NCBI GenBank assembly: GCA_054600435.1
Contig: BAAIJX010000027.1
Location: 62,001-126,000, forward strand
From: Neophaeotheca triangularis
Lineage: Eukaryota
Direction: 5' to 3'
DNA length: 64,000 nucleotides
A program made the translations under genes and the position numbers. Below are positions 1 through 12,400 of this stretch, piece after piece (positions within the stretch are counted from its first letter, which is position 1; every line of letters begins with the position of its first letter). The notes under the pieces are model-generated. The model did not search any database. It was not told the origin of the DNA and saw only the letters and a list, made by a program, of their open reading frames with translations.

Positions 1-1014
1 ACTCTGTACTGATTCAAGATAATAACGACGATTAGTCGCAAGGAATCTTCAACTCCCTAAGCCCCCCCGGCTATAGTCTCTAAGCTTCGCGGCCCCATCA
101 GTAGCTTTTCCCATGTCGCGTCGCGCGGGACATCCTTCCCACTGCTGCCGTCCCTTGCCACGTAGGCACCTCTACAGTCATAATGGGACTGGCCTTGGTC
201 ACCGAGAGCAGTGTAGCGAAGGCATCTCTCCAGAGCTAGTATGCTTGTCCCGGCCTCGATTCCAAGCAAGATTGCCTTGCCTTCTGTCTCTGAGAAACAT
301 ACAAGAGCAGTAGCGTGTAACGCTCGTAGGCTGGTGGACACGCGAGCCGAGCGAGCAATTTCCCTTGAAGCAGCAATTGTTGTCGGCTATCAATGCTGTT
401 GCGCGCAAGACCGTATCCTACAGTCCCCCCAGTCTATGCACGTGCGAGCCTCCAGAAGCTTTGGCGAGTACAGCGTTATAACGACGCCAGACTAGTGACG
501 CGATCACCAGCCGGCGAGAGTAGACTCAAGGGGCTTTAAGAAGAAGAAGAAGAAAAAGAAGAAGAAACCCTGCAGAGGGGGCGACGTTTGTTTTTGGAGA
601 CTGTTTAAGGGTCCTGTTAGTACTGCGTACAGCAGCCAGCATTTGCCGGGATGTGAAGAACGCGAGCCAGCGGTGGTTGCGGGTTGCGCTCACAGTAGCG
701 GTGCGGTGTGCTGTGAGGTCTAGCAGGACTGAGAGTGTCGCTTTTGCCAGCAGCTTTGTCATCACAAGATGAAAGGACTAGGTAGCGTTCGAGGGACCAG
801 TGTCGTGGGCACAAGTCTTTACAGTCGGAGGGTGGCCAGCTGGAAAGAGGAAAGAGGAAAGGAGGAAATGGTAGAAAGGTGCCTACGACCAACTACATTC
901 CGTACTTTGATTTTTACAATCTTCGTCATAATCGTCATCGGTACCAAAATCTTCGATATCTTGATGCCTCTGCTTTATCCAGTCTCCGTGGATGAAGACC
1001 AAGCGACCGCAATC

Positions 1015-2970
1015 CTACGCCGGCACCCTACCATCACACATCGCCTCCATATCAGCCAAACTCACAATGCCCGTAGGCACACCACCCGGATCATCCCCAA
1101 ACTTCCTCACCTGCTCAGCACCAAGGCGTTCGTAGACCGGCCAATGCTGGCCTGCTAGTCCATTCTGCGGATCCTTGACAAAAGCCAAATAAGCATCCTG
1201 AAAAGCCTCGCTAGTCCTGTACTCCAGCTCGGAGCTCTCGCCCCTGAAATTCGGGTGCGTGCCGTGCAGCATCGGCAGCTCGGCGGAGTGGTAAGCGCCC
1301 ATCCACGGCTTGGGGCTGATGTTCGTGAAATTTCCCGCATAGAGGTAGCGGTGAGTGATCAGACCTGTTTCCTGGCGTAGATGGATGGTTTCGGTCGCCG
1401 GGCAGAAGAAGGTTTGGAGCAGTGCTTGCTGCGCGAGTTCCGGGTCGGGGCCGGAGGGCGAGTAGGGCGCAAAGGGCACGCCGTCTTCGGTGTTAGTGCC
1501 TATAATGGCCGGGAGGCGGGAAGACTGGTCTGCCAGGGCGCGAGCAGTGTAGTTGCTGAAAACGACTTTGTTGTCGGCGATGGGGTTGAAAGTTAGGGAG
1601 ATTTGGGAGGAGGGGTCGTCGGCTGTATCGGCGAGGTAGTTTTCGATGGTTGAAGCTGGGAGTGCGCGCATGCAGGTGAGTTGCGCAGAAGCATCACCCG
1701 GGCAGCCAAGGGCGTTGGCTACGCTGGTAAAGTTGGAGGTATCGGATGCGTACTCGCGGGCGTTTGCCGTGCCGGAGTCCATGATGAGTCCCTTGACAAT
1801 GGGATCTTCAGGGTACGCAAAGTTGTCTGTGGGAGTGACTGTTAGTTGCGTGTTGCTAGAAAGAGCGGCTTTTTCTTGATCGTCGGACGCAGCGAGTCAG
1901 GCAGCGTCTGCGGCGAGAACTCAAGTAAAGAGTCCAGGCTGGCAACCTGGGTGCTCTCGGCGTATAAGCCTGAGTTCATGGTTCATGAGGACTTACAGTA
2001 ATCGACAGAGAATGCTCCAGCTAGTAAGTATACATTAGCATCAATCCTTCATCCGTAAGTTACCAAACGACGCAAAGTTCTCACCGCTTTGACCCCATAT
2101 AGTTATGCGGTCCGGATCGCCTCCGAATGCTGCAATGTTCTGCTGTACCCACTCAACAAACAGCCTCTGATCCAGCAATCCGACGTTCTGATCAGGGAGA
2201 CCCTCAGCATTAGGGAAGCCAAAGATGTTGACGCGGTAGCTACAAATATTAGACCTTGCTCCAAGTCAAGCTATATGCCTAGACTTACTTGAAAGAGACG
2301 ACAATGTGCTCCTGCGACCTCTGAACCCACTGCGCAGGGATTTGGTAAGGGACGTCTTGTCCACCTGCAAGTCGTCAGCATGTGTCTTGAACACAGCATC
2401 ATGTTTGAGTGACACTCAACCCGTGTTAAAGCCGCCACCGTAGACGTATACCAAAACAGGCAGGCCCTTGCCACTCTTATGTCCCTTGCCCCCCTTCTTA
2501 CCACCCTTCCACCAATTCTTCCACCCACGCCACCATCCACCGCTTCCAGCAGACTTACTACCAACACCACCGACGGGCGCCCAAATACTCCCCGTCAAAC
2601 AATCCTCACTAATATCCCCCGTTCGATTCAAGCCCTGCAAGTTAAACTCCAGAACCTCACTGGTGTAAAACCCGGCACTGGAGCTCAGGAATTGCATACA
2701 ACTCGGCGGCAGCTCAGTAGCCTCAATTTTGGCATCGGGTTGGGACAGCGACTGAGGCGCTGCAAAGCGAAGATCGTTGACCGGAGGTTGCGCGTAAGGG
2801 ATTCCAAGGTATTGGGCCACGCCTGGCAGGTCGGGGTCAATTTTGCCATGAATGTGGCCGGAGGAGGTGGAGACGAGGGGTGCGGGTTTGGGGGCGGAGT
2901 GGTGGTGAGGGGATGGGGGATGAGCGGATGCTAGGGCTAGAAGGGCGGAGAGGACTGGTAGGTGTTGCAT
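1015..2970 (-). CDS. Secreted type-B carboxylesterase/lipase (alpha/beta hydrolase), 5 exons
   Basis: Signal peptide [16 protein letters not shown], then [15 protein letters not shown] and the oxyanion motif YGGGF. Introns 2365-2420, 2240-2288, 2021-2084 and 1827-1996 restore [14 protein letters not shown] and [17 protein letters not shown] (catalytic Ser). GAYHSAEL supplies the catalytic His. Confidence 0.93.
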
Positions 2971-3746
2971 CTTGGGCAGTGAATTGAGGCTTGTGTTGGG
3001 CTTAGGAGAGCTTGAAAGAGCTTGGGAGGAAGAAGGTACAGTAGGTACTACCTAGGGTTACAGAGTTTATGTATGTAGTGAGTATTCGACAGAGTAGGTT
3101 GTAGGTACTGGGTAGCTTGCAAGTGCGGTGTCAGAGTCACTGCAGGAGTTTAGGCTGAAAATGTAGTGAGGAGTCGTGTTTCCGTTCCGTCAGACCCGTT
3201 GCTCCACCCTGCAAAGTCAGAGTGCGTAACGATCACGGGATAGTGGCATCCATGGGTGAGGGTCGCCATGGGAGCACAAAGTCTCGCGCCCCTCGTCCTC
3301 ATCTCCGAGCTACCTAGGGTGCTGCCTTTCTTTGATGCTGCCTTGTTCTGCCTTTAGTTTCGGTGTTTGGAAGAATTTCCTCCATCCGAGACGAGCAAAG
3401 GATGTAGCGTGAAGGTATTGTCGTATTGATGTCGAGGTGAGGTTGGCTCCTGCGCCGAGAGCAAGAGCATGACTTGATGACGTTGGAGCTCCTCGCGAGG
3501 GTCACCAAATGTGGAGAATATGGGGAAAGCTCCAGCCACGATCGACCCGCATTGACTCGACAAAATCATGACTCTGACACCAACCCAAGACTTCCATTGA
3601 AGACAGGACATGGCCGACAGCATTAACAATGGATCGCGTAGACGCTACAAAGGCATATCAAGTACAGTCAAGCATAGTGTCCCCATTTCATTACCCTCGC
3701 CAAATGACTGCCACTCCTCTCCCACCCTCCTACTCACAATCCTCCT

Positions 3747-4267
3747 CTACAACTTCCCCTTAACCTCCTCCTTCTTGCCCTCAGCCTTGCCCTTGACCTC
3801 CTGCGCCTTGCCCTTGGCCTCCCCCATCAACTCCTCTGCCTTTCCCTTGGCCTGTCCAGCCATCTGCTGCGCGTCCCCGCTGCCCTGGCCAGCCGCACTC
3901 TGCGCCTTGCCGGCAACCTCCTCAGCCGTGCCCTTGGCCTTGCCCGCGAGTTCTTGAGCCTTGCCACTAGCCTCACCGGCCGCTTCCTGGGCTTTCGCCG
4001 ACGCGTCGCCGGACTTGAGGCCTACCGACTCGGCGGCATTGGCGGCGGCGTTTTCTGTGACGGTGCGTTCTTAGAGGCTGCAAGCAGTAAAGGTGTGGTG
4101 AGAAGGATGTTGCACTTACGGCTCTTGTCGATGCCGCGGACGGCTGCGTCGGAGACTTTACGGTCGACTTGCTGTGCTGCCTCCTTTGCTGCGTCGACGG
4201 CGGATTTGCGTGCCGGCACCGAGGTGCTGAATAGGCGGGCATTGCGGATGAGGGTTTGGCGAAACAT
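3747..4267 (-). CDS. LEA-like (group 3-type 11-mer repeat) hydrophilic protein with mitochondrial presequence, 151 aa, 2 exons
   Basis: MFRQTLIRNARLFSTSVPARKS presequence; intron 4055-4119 (GTAAGT...CAG). Exon 2 encodes KAQEAAGEASG KAQELAGKAKG TAEEVAGKAQS...DAQQMAGQAKG KAEELMGEAKG, with TAG at 3747-3749. Confidence 0.85.
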
Positions 4268-4405
4268 TTTGGGTGGTCTTTAAGTTGGTGATGCTGGTTT
4301 TGAGGTGTGGGAAAGTTTCTGGTTTGAGAAATGTTTGTTGAAGCAAGTTGGAAGTGTCTTGAAGACAGAATGCCGGTGACGGACCTGTACGAGTTGCTGT
4401 TGCCC

Positions 4406-4474
4406 TTACATCATTGTTACCATGTGCCTGGACCTGGCTGATGAAACCTTCACATGCAGTGCGTACGTCACGTG
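4406..4474. promoter_or_regulatory. CRE/ATF-like bZIP sites upstream of the LEA-like gene
   Basis: TTACATCA at 4406-4413 and TACGTCA at 4464-4470 overlapping CACGTG at 4469-4474, 140-210 bp upstream of the ATG. Confidence 0.35.
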
Positions 4475-4610
4475 GCTGCCCCGCTTTTGGCTGCTTCAAA
4501 ATACGTGCCTGGTACCTGGCTACGACGGTGCCATTGGATCTGGACAAGATGTACAATAACATCGCTACATAAAGGCTCTTTATATGATTTACGACTACAC
4601 TTCTCCCTCA

Positions 4611-6292
4611 TCAGGCACTGCTCTTCTTCTTGGCCTTCTTCGCTGCCTTCCCCTCCTTTCTTAAACGTTTCTCTTCTTTCCTCTTAGCCTTCTCCTCTCT
4701 GCTCTCTCCAGCAGTCACAACAGTATCATCCACATCCGCCATGGTAGTGTCCTCCCCTTCCGCTCCAGGTGCGGCATCCTGCTGAGGCTTTGTGCTGATA
4801 GCATCGAATCCCCAACTAGGCTGCTCCGTGACGGGAATAGCAGACGTGGTAGCCGCATCCTCACCATCATCTCTAGTCTCCTCGCCCCCCTTAGACTTCC
4901 GCTTCTTCTTGTCCTTCTTGTCCTTCTTAGTAGCCTCAGGACTCGTGACCCCAGCCTTCCCCTCCATCGCAGCCTCCGAAGTACCATGCTCGCCCAGAGT
5001 TTTCGGGAACTGCACGCTCTCCTTGCTCTTCCCCCCCTTCTTCGCGTTCTTAGCTCCTGATCCCTCGCCCTCAGACTCCGAGCCAGGCATCCCCGGCTCC
5101 CCGTCCACATGCCCCATGGGTCTATACCGCATCCTTAATCCGGTCGGCTGCGGTCTAACGCCAGTCACCGGCGCGGTCGCAACGTCGGCTGCAGCCTGAC
5201 TACCAGTCGTGATTTTGGCTTGCAAGTTGCTTAGTTCCGGGAGCGTGATCTTCTGCTGCAAGCGTAGGGTACGCTGGACCTTTTGGCTTGCGGGAGCATA
5301 GCCATCTGCTGTGGGTAAGAAGAGGCTGGCGATGTCTGTGCCGCTGGTGTCTTCGGCTAGGATGTAGTCGGTGCTTTTGTGGGTTAGAACAGGTTTGCCG
5401 TTTTGGACGGCATCGAGGGCGACGGAGTGAATGGAGGTTACGGGAACGGAGGAGGGTGCTGTAATGTGCCAGATTTGTTTGCCGGAGAGGCTGGAATCGG
5501 TCAGAATGGATGGGGTGGCTGCATCGAGGGGTTGGTAGCCTTGAGGGGGCTTGAAAGGGACGACGGGGATTGCTTTTGCGATATGCTGGGGTTGCTGCAT
5601 CGTTTTCGGGGGCGACGCGGCTCTAATAAATGTTGCTGTCAGTGTTTGCATGATAAGAGTTTTCGCAAATCAACGTACTTTGTCTTCTGCGCAGGCTCAC
5701 TCTCCTCCTCCTCCTCCTCCTCGTCCTTCGAAGAACTTTCGTCGGAATCCTCTGAGCCCAAAGAAGACTGCTGCTTCTCCTTCTGATCCGAGCTTTTCTT
5801 CTGCTTCTTGGACTTGATTTCCTGAGTGTTGACCTTACTACCATTGGCTTCCTCAGCCTTGCGCTTCTTGCTCTTGGTCTTCAATTCCTTTTCCTTTTCC
5901 GCCATCTTCTCCTTCACCTTCCCAGCCGTACTCTCTTCCTCCTCCTCACTCCCACTCCCACTGCTTTCATGCTCACTAGAGCTAGTATCATCCGGCACCG
6001 GCACATCCTCCGGCTCCGTCTTCTGCGCCCGCTCTACCTTGGGCTTCTTAGTATTCCGCCTCTTCTCATCCTCGCTAGCACTGTCTGCATCACCTCCACT
6101 ACTACTCCCCTCGGACGAAACATCCTCTTTGTCATCATCATTGTCATTATCCTGAATAAATTCCTCGCTCAGGTGTGAAGGCTTTTCCCGCGCTGTGACA
6201 GAAGCTTTGGGAGCTTTCTTCGGGTTTTCGCCTTTGGTCGGCACTTTGGGCTCCTTGAGCTTGCCGCCTTTTGTTTTAGATTTGGCGAACAT
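4611..6292 (-). CDS. RPA34: RNA polymerase I subunit RPA34.5-like, 2 exons
   Basis: KQIWHITAP motif, QP.GLRMRYRPMG and a Lys-rich tail. Intron 5623-5678 (GTACGT...TAG) joins the acidic/Ser-rich N-terminal ORF to the 346-aa ORF in frame. Confidence 0.8.
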
Positions 6293-6496
6293 TTTCGCGG
6301 TGGATGTTGTAGTGGACTGCTGTTTTGGGGAGTTGTAGGAAATTTGTATGGAGCTTTGGTCTATCGTCGGCAGAAAATCCGCGATTTCTCGTAGGGCTGA
6401 AAGCTTCAGAGGCCGAGGAGACTTTTTTGAACGCCTTGACTTCCTCTTTCGGAAACTTTCCGACTTCTACGAGCTCAGCCTCGTACATATTCGACA

Positions 6497-8547
6497 ATGG
6501 CAAACAAAAGAAAAGCTCGAGAGGCATTTGGTCAGCCTCAAGGTAAGATAGTTTCGTCTGCCGCGATGATCTCGTTTTAATCACGCCATCAGGTCAAGTC
6601 AGCGCCTTTGCTGCCGCCAAAGCTCGAGCTGTTCAGAAAACTGGACCTAACATCAACGAGAACCTTGAAAACGTAAAGACTGCTTCGAACGGTTTCTCGG
6701 AGGCTCTAGCTGCCTCTGTAGGAGCGCACCCGTACGATGGACACGAGAGCGATGTTTCATCTACCGGCACGATCCTGAGCGAAGATGAAGGCTCTTCAGC
6801 GCCGACGCCACTCCCGACGACGGCGAGAGCCTTGTCGACTCTTCATCTCGATCCAGATAGAATATCGAAGGATGACGCTTCGACCTTGGAGTTTACTTTG
6901 AAACCTGGCGAGACCGCTTCTTTCGCGGGCATCTACGACTTGTCCGTAATCAGGGGCTGTGCTCGAGTATACGGTGCTACGCTTCGACCCAACTCAAACA
7001 AACAGCGAGTATATGCATTGATCGCGCACGCGATACCTCAGATCACGTCTCATCAAGGAGAGGCCACTATCGCTCTACGGCATGTTGGTGAGAGCTTTGG
7101 AAAGCTCGAGAGGCTGAGCCCGCTGTTCAAGAATCTGCTGCCAGAGGATGCTGTTCAAGGGCGCTCCTTTGACCTTGTCCAAGGTCCAGCAAGCCTCACG
7201 CCGCTGGATATTGGCCGAGAGACTCGAAGTGTGCTCTCCACCATAGTCGCGGAGGCCGAGCAGAACGAAGCAAATGTAAAAGTCATGACCATCGGCGCAA
7301 AGTCTTCTGGAAAGTCCACCTTTAATCGCCTTTGCTGCAACGCTCTGGTGGCGAGACCTGACAAGAAATGCTACTACTTGGATCTCGATCTTGGACAGCC
7401 AGAATTCGGTCCTCCTGGGCAAATTTCTCTGATCGAAGTTCACGGGCTTGTGGCTGGTCCAGCTTACACACACATCGCGGCGAAGAGTTTGAAGGACTAT
7501 AAGCTTTTGCGATCGCACACCTTAGCGGCGACGACGTTCAAAGACGATCCCGATCACTACCTGGCTTGCGCTCGAGACTTAGCCAACCGCTATCAATTGC
7601 AAGTACGCGCGTCTCGTGCTCCCTTGATAGTCAACACTTGTGGGTGGGTGGCGGGGGTTGGTGCTCAAGTTCTGAGCGAGGTTTGTAAAACCATCAGACC
7701 TTCTCATATCATCTCTCTAGGAGGTCTCGAAGATGCTGTACATCAAAACATCCGCTCCATTACCAACGCAGAAACGCACGTTCTCCCACGCCAACCTGCC
7801 CGGCCACCAATACGCTCCCCGGCCGAGCTGCGCGCCATGCAAACAATGTCCTACTTCCACCAACGAGTAACTCCAACAAAGTTCGGCGCCACGAACGACT
7901 GGACGAGCAGACCAATCAACACCCACAAACCGTGGCACGTCTCGTACGGCGGATCAAACTCCGGTATCCACGCCATAACATCCTACAACCAAACCATCCC
8001 TCCAGACTTCCTAGCCGAGATCCTCGACGGGTCCATTGTAGCAATCGTAACCACAAACCCTGGAAACCTCCCCCAAGCACTCAACCAGCCCTACCCCCAA
8101 AGCGACAGCGCCGACGAAGACAGCACGAACGAACCTCTAATCCACCGGACTCCCCACGAGAACCTCCCCTACCTTCCCCCCACGCACCAAGGTCTTTCCA
8201 ACTCCTTAAACCCCTCCTACACCACCTTTGCGTCCCTCGCGCTCGTGCGCGCAATCGATACCGAGACCCAAACTCTCCAACTCTTGACGCCACTACCAGA
8301 GGCCGAGATTGCGGAGCTCATGCGACAAAAGATCGTGCTCGTGAGAGGCGCTTTCGATGCGCCGGAGTGGGCGTATTTGGAAGGCTTGAACGCTGCTGAG
8401 AGTGCGGAAGCTAACGGAATCACCGATATAAGGGAGGAGGGGCTAAGGCCACCTTGGGTTGGCGTCAAGAGTGGGGAGAGGAGGAAGGGGATCGAGGGAG
8501 CAGTGTGGAGGTTGAGGCATCCTCCTATGGCCGGCGGGGGAAAGTGA
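6497..8547 (+). CDS. GRC3: Polynucleotide 5'-hydroxyl kinase GRC3/NOL9 (Clp1 family), 2 exons
   Basis: P-loop GAKSSGKST, LDLDLGQPEF and IVNTCGWV. ATG at 6497 plus intron 6543-6592 joins in frame to the ORF at 6832. Confidence 0.92.
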
Positions 8548-9487
8548 GCAGGCGGGTTGTAGTGTGGGCGAGAGGATGCATGTGCGAGGGCTTGAGTAGT
8601 GAATATGGAAGAACGATGGATACGGGATGAGGATGTATCATTTGCCACTGTCTAGCACAGCCCAAGCGAGGAACGGTGTCCCGCCACAGAGTCAACCACC
8701 TCTATTCTGAAAAACAGTATCTCGCTTTTATTGGTCAACAGTAGAACCACGCTAGCGAAAGTACGTTTTCCGGATTTGAAAGTCGCCTACTGCTCGTCTT
8801 CTGTCAAAACTCGCCGGGATACCACAACCGTTCAAAATCGCCCGGGAGAAGCTCATAGCTCTTCAAACCCGAGAAGGCGGATTCATGTGGATGTAGCAAA
8901 CTGAACTCGAAAACGCTCCTGGCGCCTTCTCCAGTTTCGCGACTCCGTCGCCATGTGGAGAGGCTGTCAAGACCTCTTTGACCTGTCCATTGGACCATAC
9001 ACCCGCTCAACGGCACCGTCGGAACGGCTTTCATTGCCGAGGATAGTCCAAACCGTGGAAAAGCCGCGATACTTCAGCGTCTCCCGGCGCTCTTGGTCCA
9101 TCCGGGTATCCCGGCGAAATTCTTCAGGAGAGGCCATCCAGCGCTTACCAAAATTGCCAAAAACGTCCAATAGCTAGCGCCAATGAGCATGATCCAGTTA
9201 AAGGCGTCGAGAGATTCACCATGTAAGTGGATGTTCCAGGATGGGGCCGGATGCGCAGACAAGATGCCCTCACGTCGGTGTTCATTGAAGGCGGCTTACT
9301 TCCAAAGCCTACTTGTAGAAGCTTATGAGTATTGGGGGACGGTGAGAGAAACCAGGTAGGCGATATAAGATATACGAAATACGGGCGCCATCAGACATCA
9401 TCGACTGGAAGATACCCTAAAGACGAGCGACGCTCTCAGTCCTGCCATCGTCCAACGCCACAACGCCTTCCCAAAAACATCGTATCA

Positions 9488-12400
9488 TCACGCAGCAACA
9501 GAAGCAGCCTGCCCATGCGGTCTCGCAGTGATGTAATCCCGATTCTCCACCGTAACGCTCTTGGTCATATGATTGACCTTATAAACGCCCACCAACCTAG
9601 CCGCAAGCTCGAACATGTTGTTGCGTAAACTGATGACAATGAACTGCGCGTTCTTGGTGCGCTCCTTGATGTACGCCGCAACGATGGAAACCTGTTAGAA
9701 AAAAAAAAAAAAAAAGAGTCAGCGACCTCGAAAGCACCGAGAACAAGACGTAGGGGTTGAAAGACTTACATTCCTGAAATCCAGCGCCGCGTCAATCTCA
9801 TCCATGACATAAAGCGGCGTCGGGCGGTAGTGATGCAGAGCAAAAACCAGCGCCAGACTCGACAGCGTCTTCTCGCCGCCAGACAAGTTCCCTATGTTTT
9901 TCCAGCTCTTCTTCGGCGGCATGACCGAGAACAGAATCCCTTCGGCAAAAGGGTCTAAACTGTCGACGAGCTCAAGCTCCGCATTGCCACCCATGGTGAT
10001 CATCTGGTACATTTCCTTCAGCCGGAGAGAGATGGTGGAGAAGCCTTCCATGAAACCCTCGAGCCGCAAGCGTCGCAGATCGTCGGTGCGGCGTTTGGCC
10101 GTGTCGCGGGCCGTGAGGGCCGTGTTGAGGTCTTCGAGTCTGGAAGCGTGCTCGTTGACGCGGCGGCGGTATTCCGTCAGCACAGCGAGTTCGACGTGTT
10201 GCGAGGTGCGTTCTTCGAGAGTCGCGATGGCCGCTTTGAGGGTCTCCTTGTCGAGGTCTTCGAGTTCGTCGCGGGAGAGCTCCGGCATAGGTTCGGGCTC
10301 TTTTTCCTCGCCGTCTTCGGAGATGTTCTGGAGGGTCAGCTTGCTGAGCTTTTCTTCCCAGTATTTGAGGCGTTTCTGATTGTCGTGCAGGATTTTCTGG
10401 TTTTCTTCGAGTTGGTTGCGCATGTCGACTTCGGCGCCGCGGGCTTCGTTGAGCTCGGCGGTTTGGGCGTCGAGGTCCGCTTTCAGGGCTTGAAGCTCGT
10501 CTTTCTTCTCTTCGAGAGAGATTTGCGCTTCCTCGGCCTGCTGGCGGAAGCCCGATGTGTCCTTGCCTTGGGCCGCGACGTCGTTTTCGAGCTTCTCCAG
10601 CTCGGCGGCAACCTTTTCAAGCTCACTGGCAGCCTCGGTGGCCGCTTTTTCGTGCTTTTTGTGCTGCTTCTCGGCCTTGGACTTGTTACCTTCAACGCCG
10701 CTCAGCTGCTCCGACAGCGACTCTATCTGCTCTCGCAAGCCATCGACCTTGGCTTTTTGAGTGCGAAGCTTCACGCCTCCAACCTCCATGATCTTGTCCT
10801 GGAGTTCTGCAATCTCCTCTTCAATGCCCGCAGTTTCAGCCTGAAGCTTCTCAGCCTCCTGCCCCAGCTTGAAGATGCTCTTCTCCAGCCCAGCAATCTT
10901 GCTCTTTTCCGATTTTGAAGCTTGCTGCTCGGCCTCAACCTCCTTGATTCGAGTGTGGGAGTCCGCAATGTTACGCTCGATGCTGCCCAGCTCCAGCCCG
11001 AGCTTTTGCGCCTGAGTCTCGAGTTGCGGTATTTGACCTTGAAGCTCCCGCAGCTGACTCTCCAGATCGCGCAGGTTCTGCTGCAATTCTGCATACTCCT
11101 GTTCCAGGCCATCGCGGTCTACTTCAAGCTTAGAGACCTGCTCCTTGGTGGTGTCGGCGGCCAATTTTGAAGACATGCCTCCCTTGGCGACTTTAGTGCC
11201 ACCACCTGACATGGTACCGGATTTGTCGATGAGCTGGCCGTCAAGCGTGACGACACGCCACCTCTTCGCACCATAGGCAAGGCGGTTGGCTTGCTCGAGA
11301 TCGTTGGCAACGAGAGTGTTTTGCAGGACGCTGTAGAAGGCTTGCCTAAAGCGATCGTGCTTCGGTCTCACCAAGTCGAACAACCTTGGGGCACCTTCGG
11401 GTGTGTCGACAGGCGATAGGTCACGTTGCGCGAGGCGGTCAAGACAGATGATGTTGGCGCGGCCCAGGTTGTTCTTGCGGAGGTAGTCGATACATTGCTG
11501 TCCTGTTTCCACCGAATCGACAACCAGGTTATCAAGAGATGGGCATGCAGTGGAGATTGCAATGTCGTACTTTTGATCAATCGCTCCCAGGTTTCCAAGC
11601 CGTCCATGGAATCCATCGATACGCCCAGAGTCCTTCAACCTGGTCAGACCAGCTAGTACACTGCTTTGGCTCTGTGTCGCCGACAAGCTCGCTCTGGCTT
11701 CGTCAGCGCTCTGTCTTGCTCTCGATAGCTTGGCCTTCATGGCTGGTTCTTTCTCGCTGAGCTGCTGCTGCTGTTTCTGCACGCCCGCCATCTCCTTTTC
11801 GGCCATTCTCCGCTGCTTCTTGCACGCTTCAAACTCCTCCTGCTTTGTTTGCTTTGACTCCTCGAAGCTTGTTATTCTGGCCTCGATCTCGGCCACAGCA
11901 GTAGCACCAGCGTTTTCTCTCTCTCGCAGAATGTCCAGTTCGCTCTGTGCAACAGCAATAGCCGACTGCTTCTCATTGACCTTTGCGCTCCATGGCTCCA
12001 ATTGCTTCTGCTTAGCCGCAATCTCATCACTTATGCCCTGTGTCTTGCCCTTCAAGTTGTCCCTGATCTTGACCAGCTCAGCATCCTCACTTGCCATGTC
12101 CTGCTCGAGCTCTCCAATTTGCGCTGTGATGCGGCCAATATCGTCGTCTGCTTGCTGAGCGAGCGTCTGAGCTTCTCGTAGGCCGAACGCAGAGCTTTCC
12201 GAAGTCTTCTCGAGCTTTTTCGATTTGTTGCTTAAGAACTTTTTCTTTTCTTCAAACTTGACGTTCTCCTTGTCGAGCTTGGCCATTTCCTTGAGAACTG
12301 CTTGAGTGTCCTTCTCCAGCTTTTCGTACTCCCTCGAACCGGCCTTGTACTTCTTCTCAAGAGCCTTGATCTCGTTTTCATTGCCCTGATGCCGTTCGAG

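Noticed and set aside
57..495. Short overlapping ORFs at the window start
   Set aside because: No recognisable motif or convincing splice structure; could be a decayed gene but I cannot support it.
8804..9280. Minus-strand ORF fragments between GRC3 and SMC4
   Set aside because: Frames do not join convincingly and resemble no family I recognise.
9699..9715. A17 tract in SMC4 as a frameshift site or retro-tail
   Set aside because: It lies inside the final intron as a U-tract just before the CTAAC branch site.
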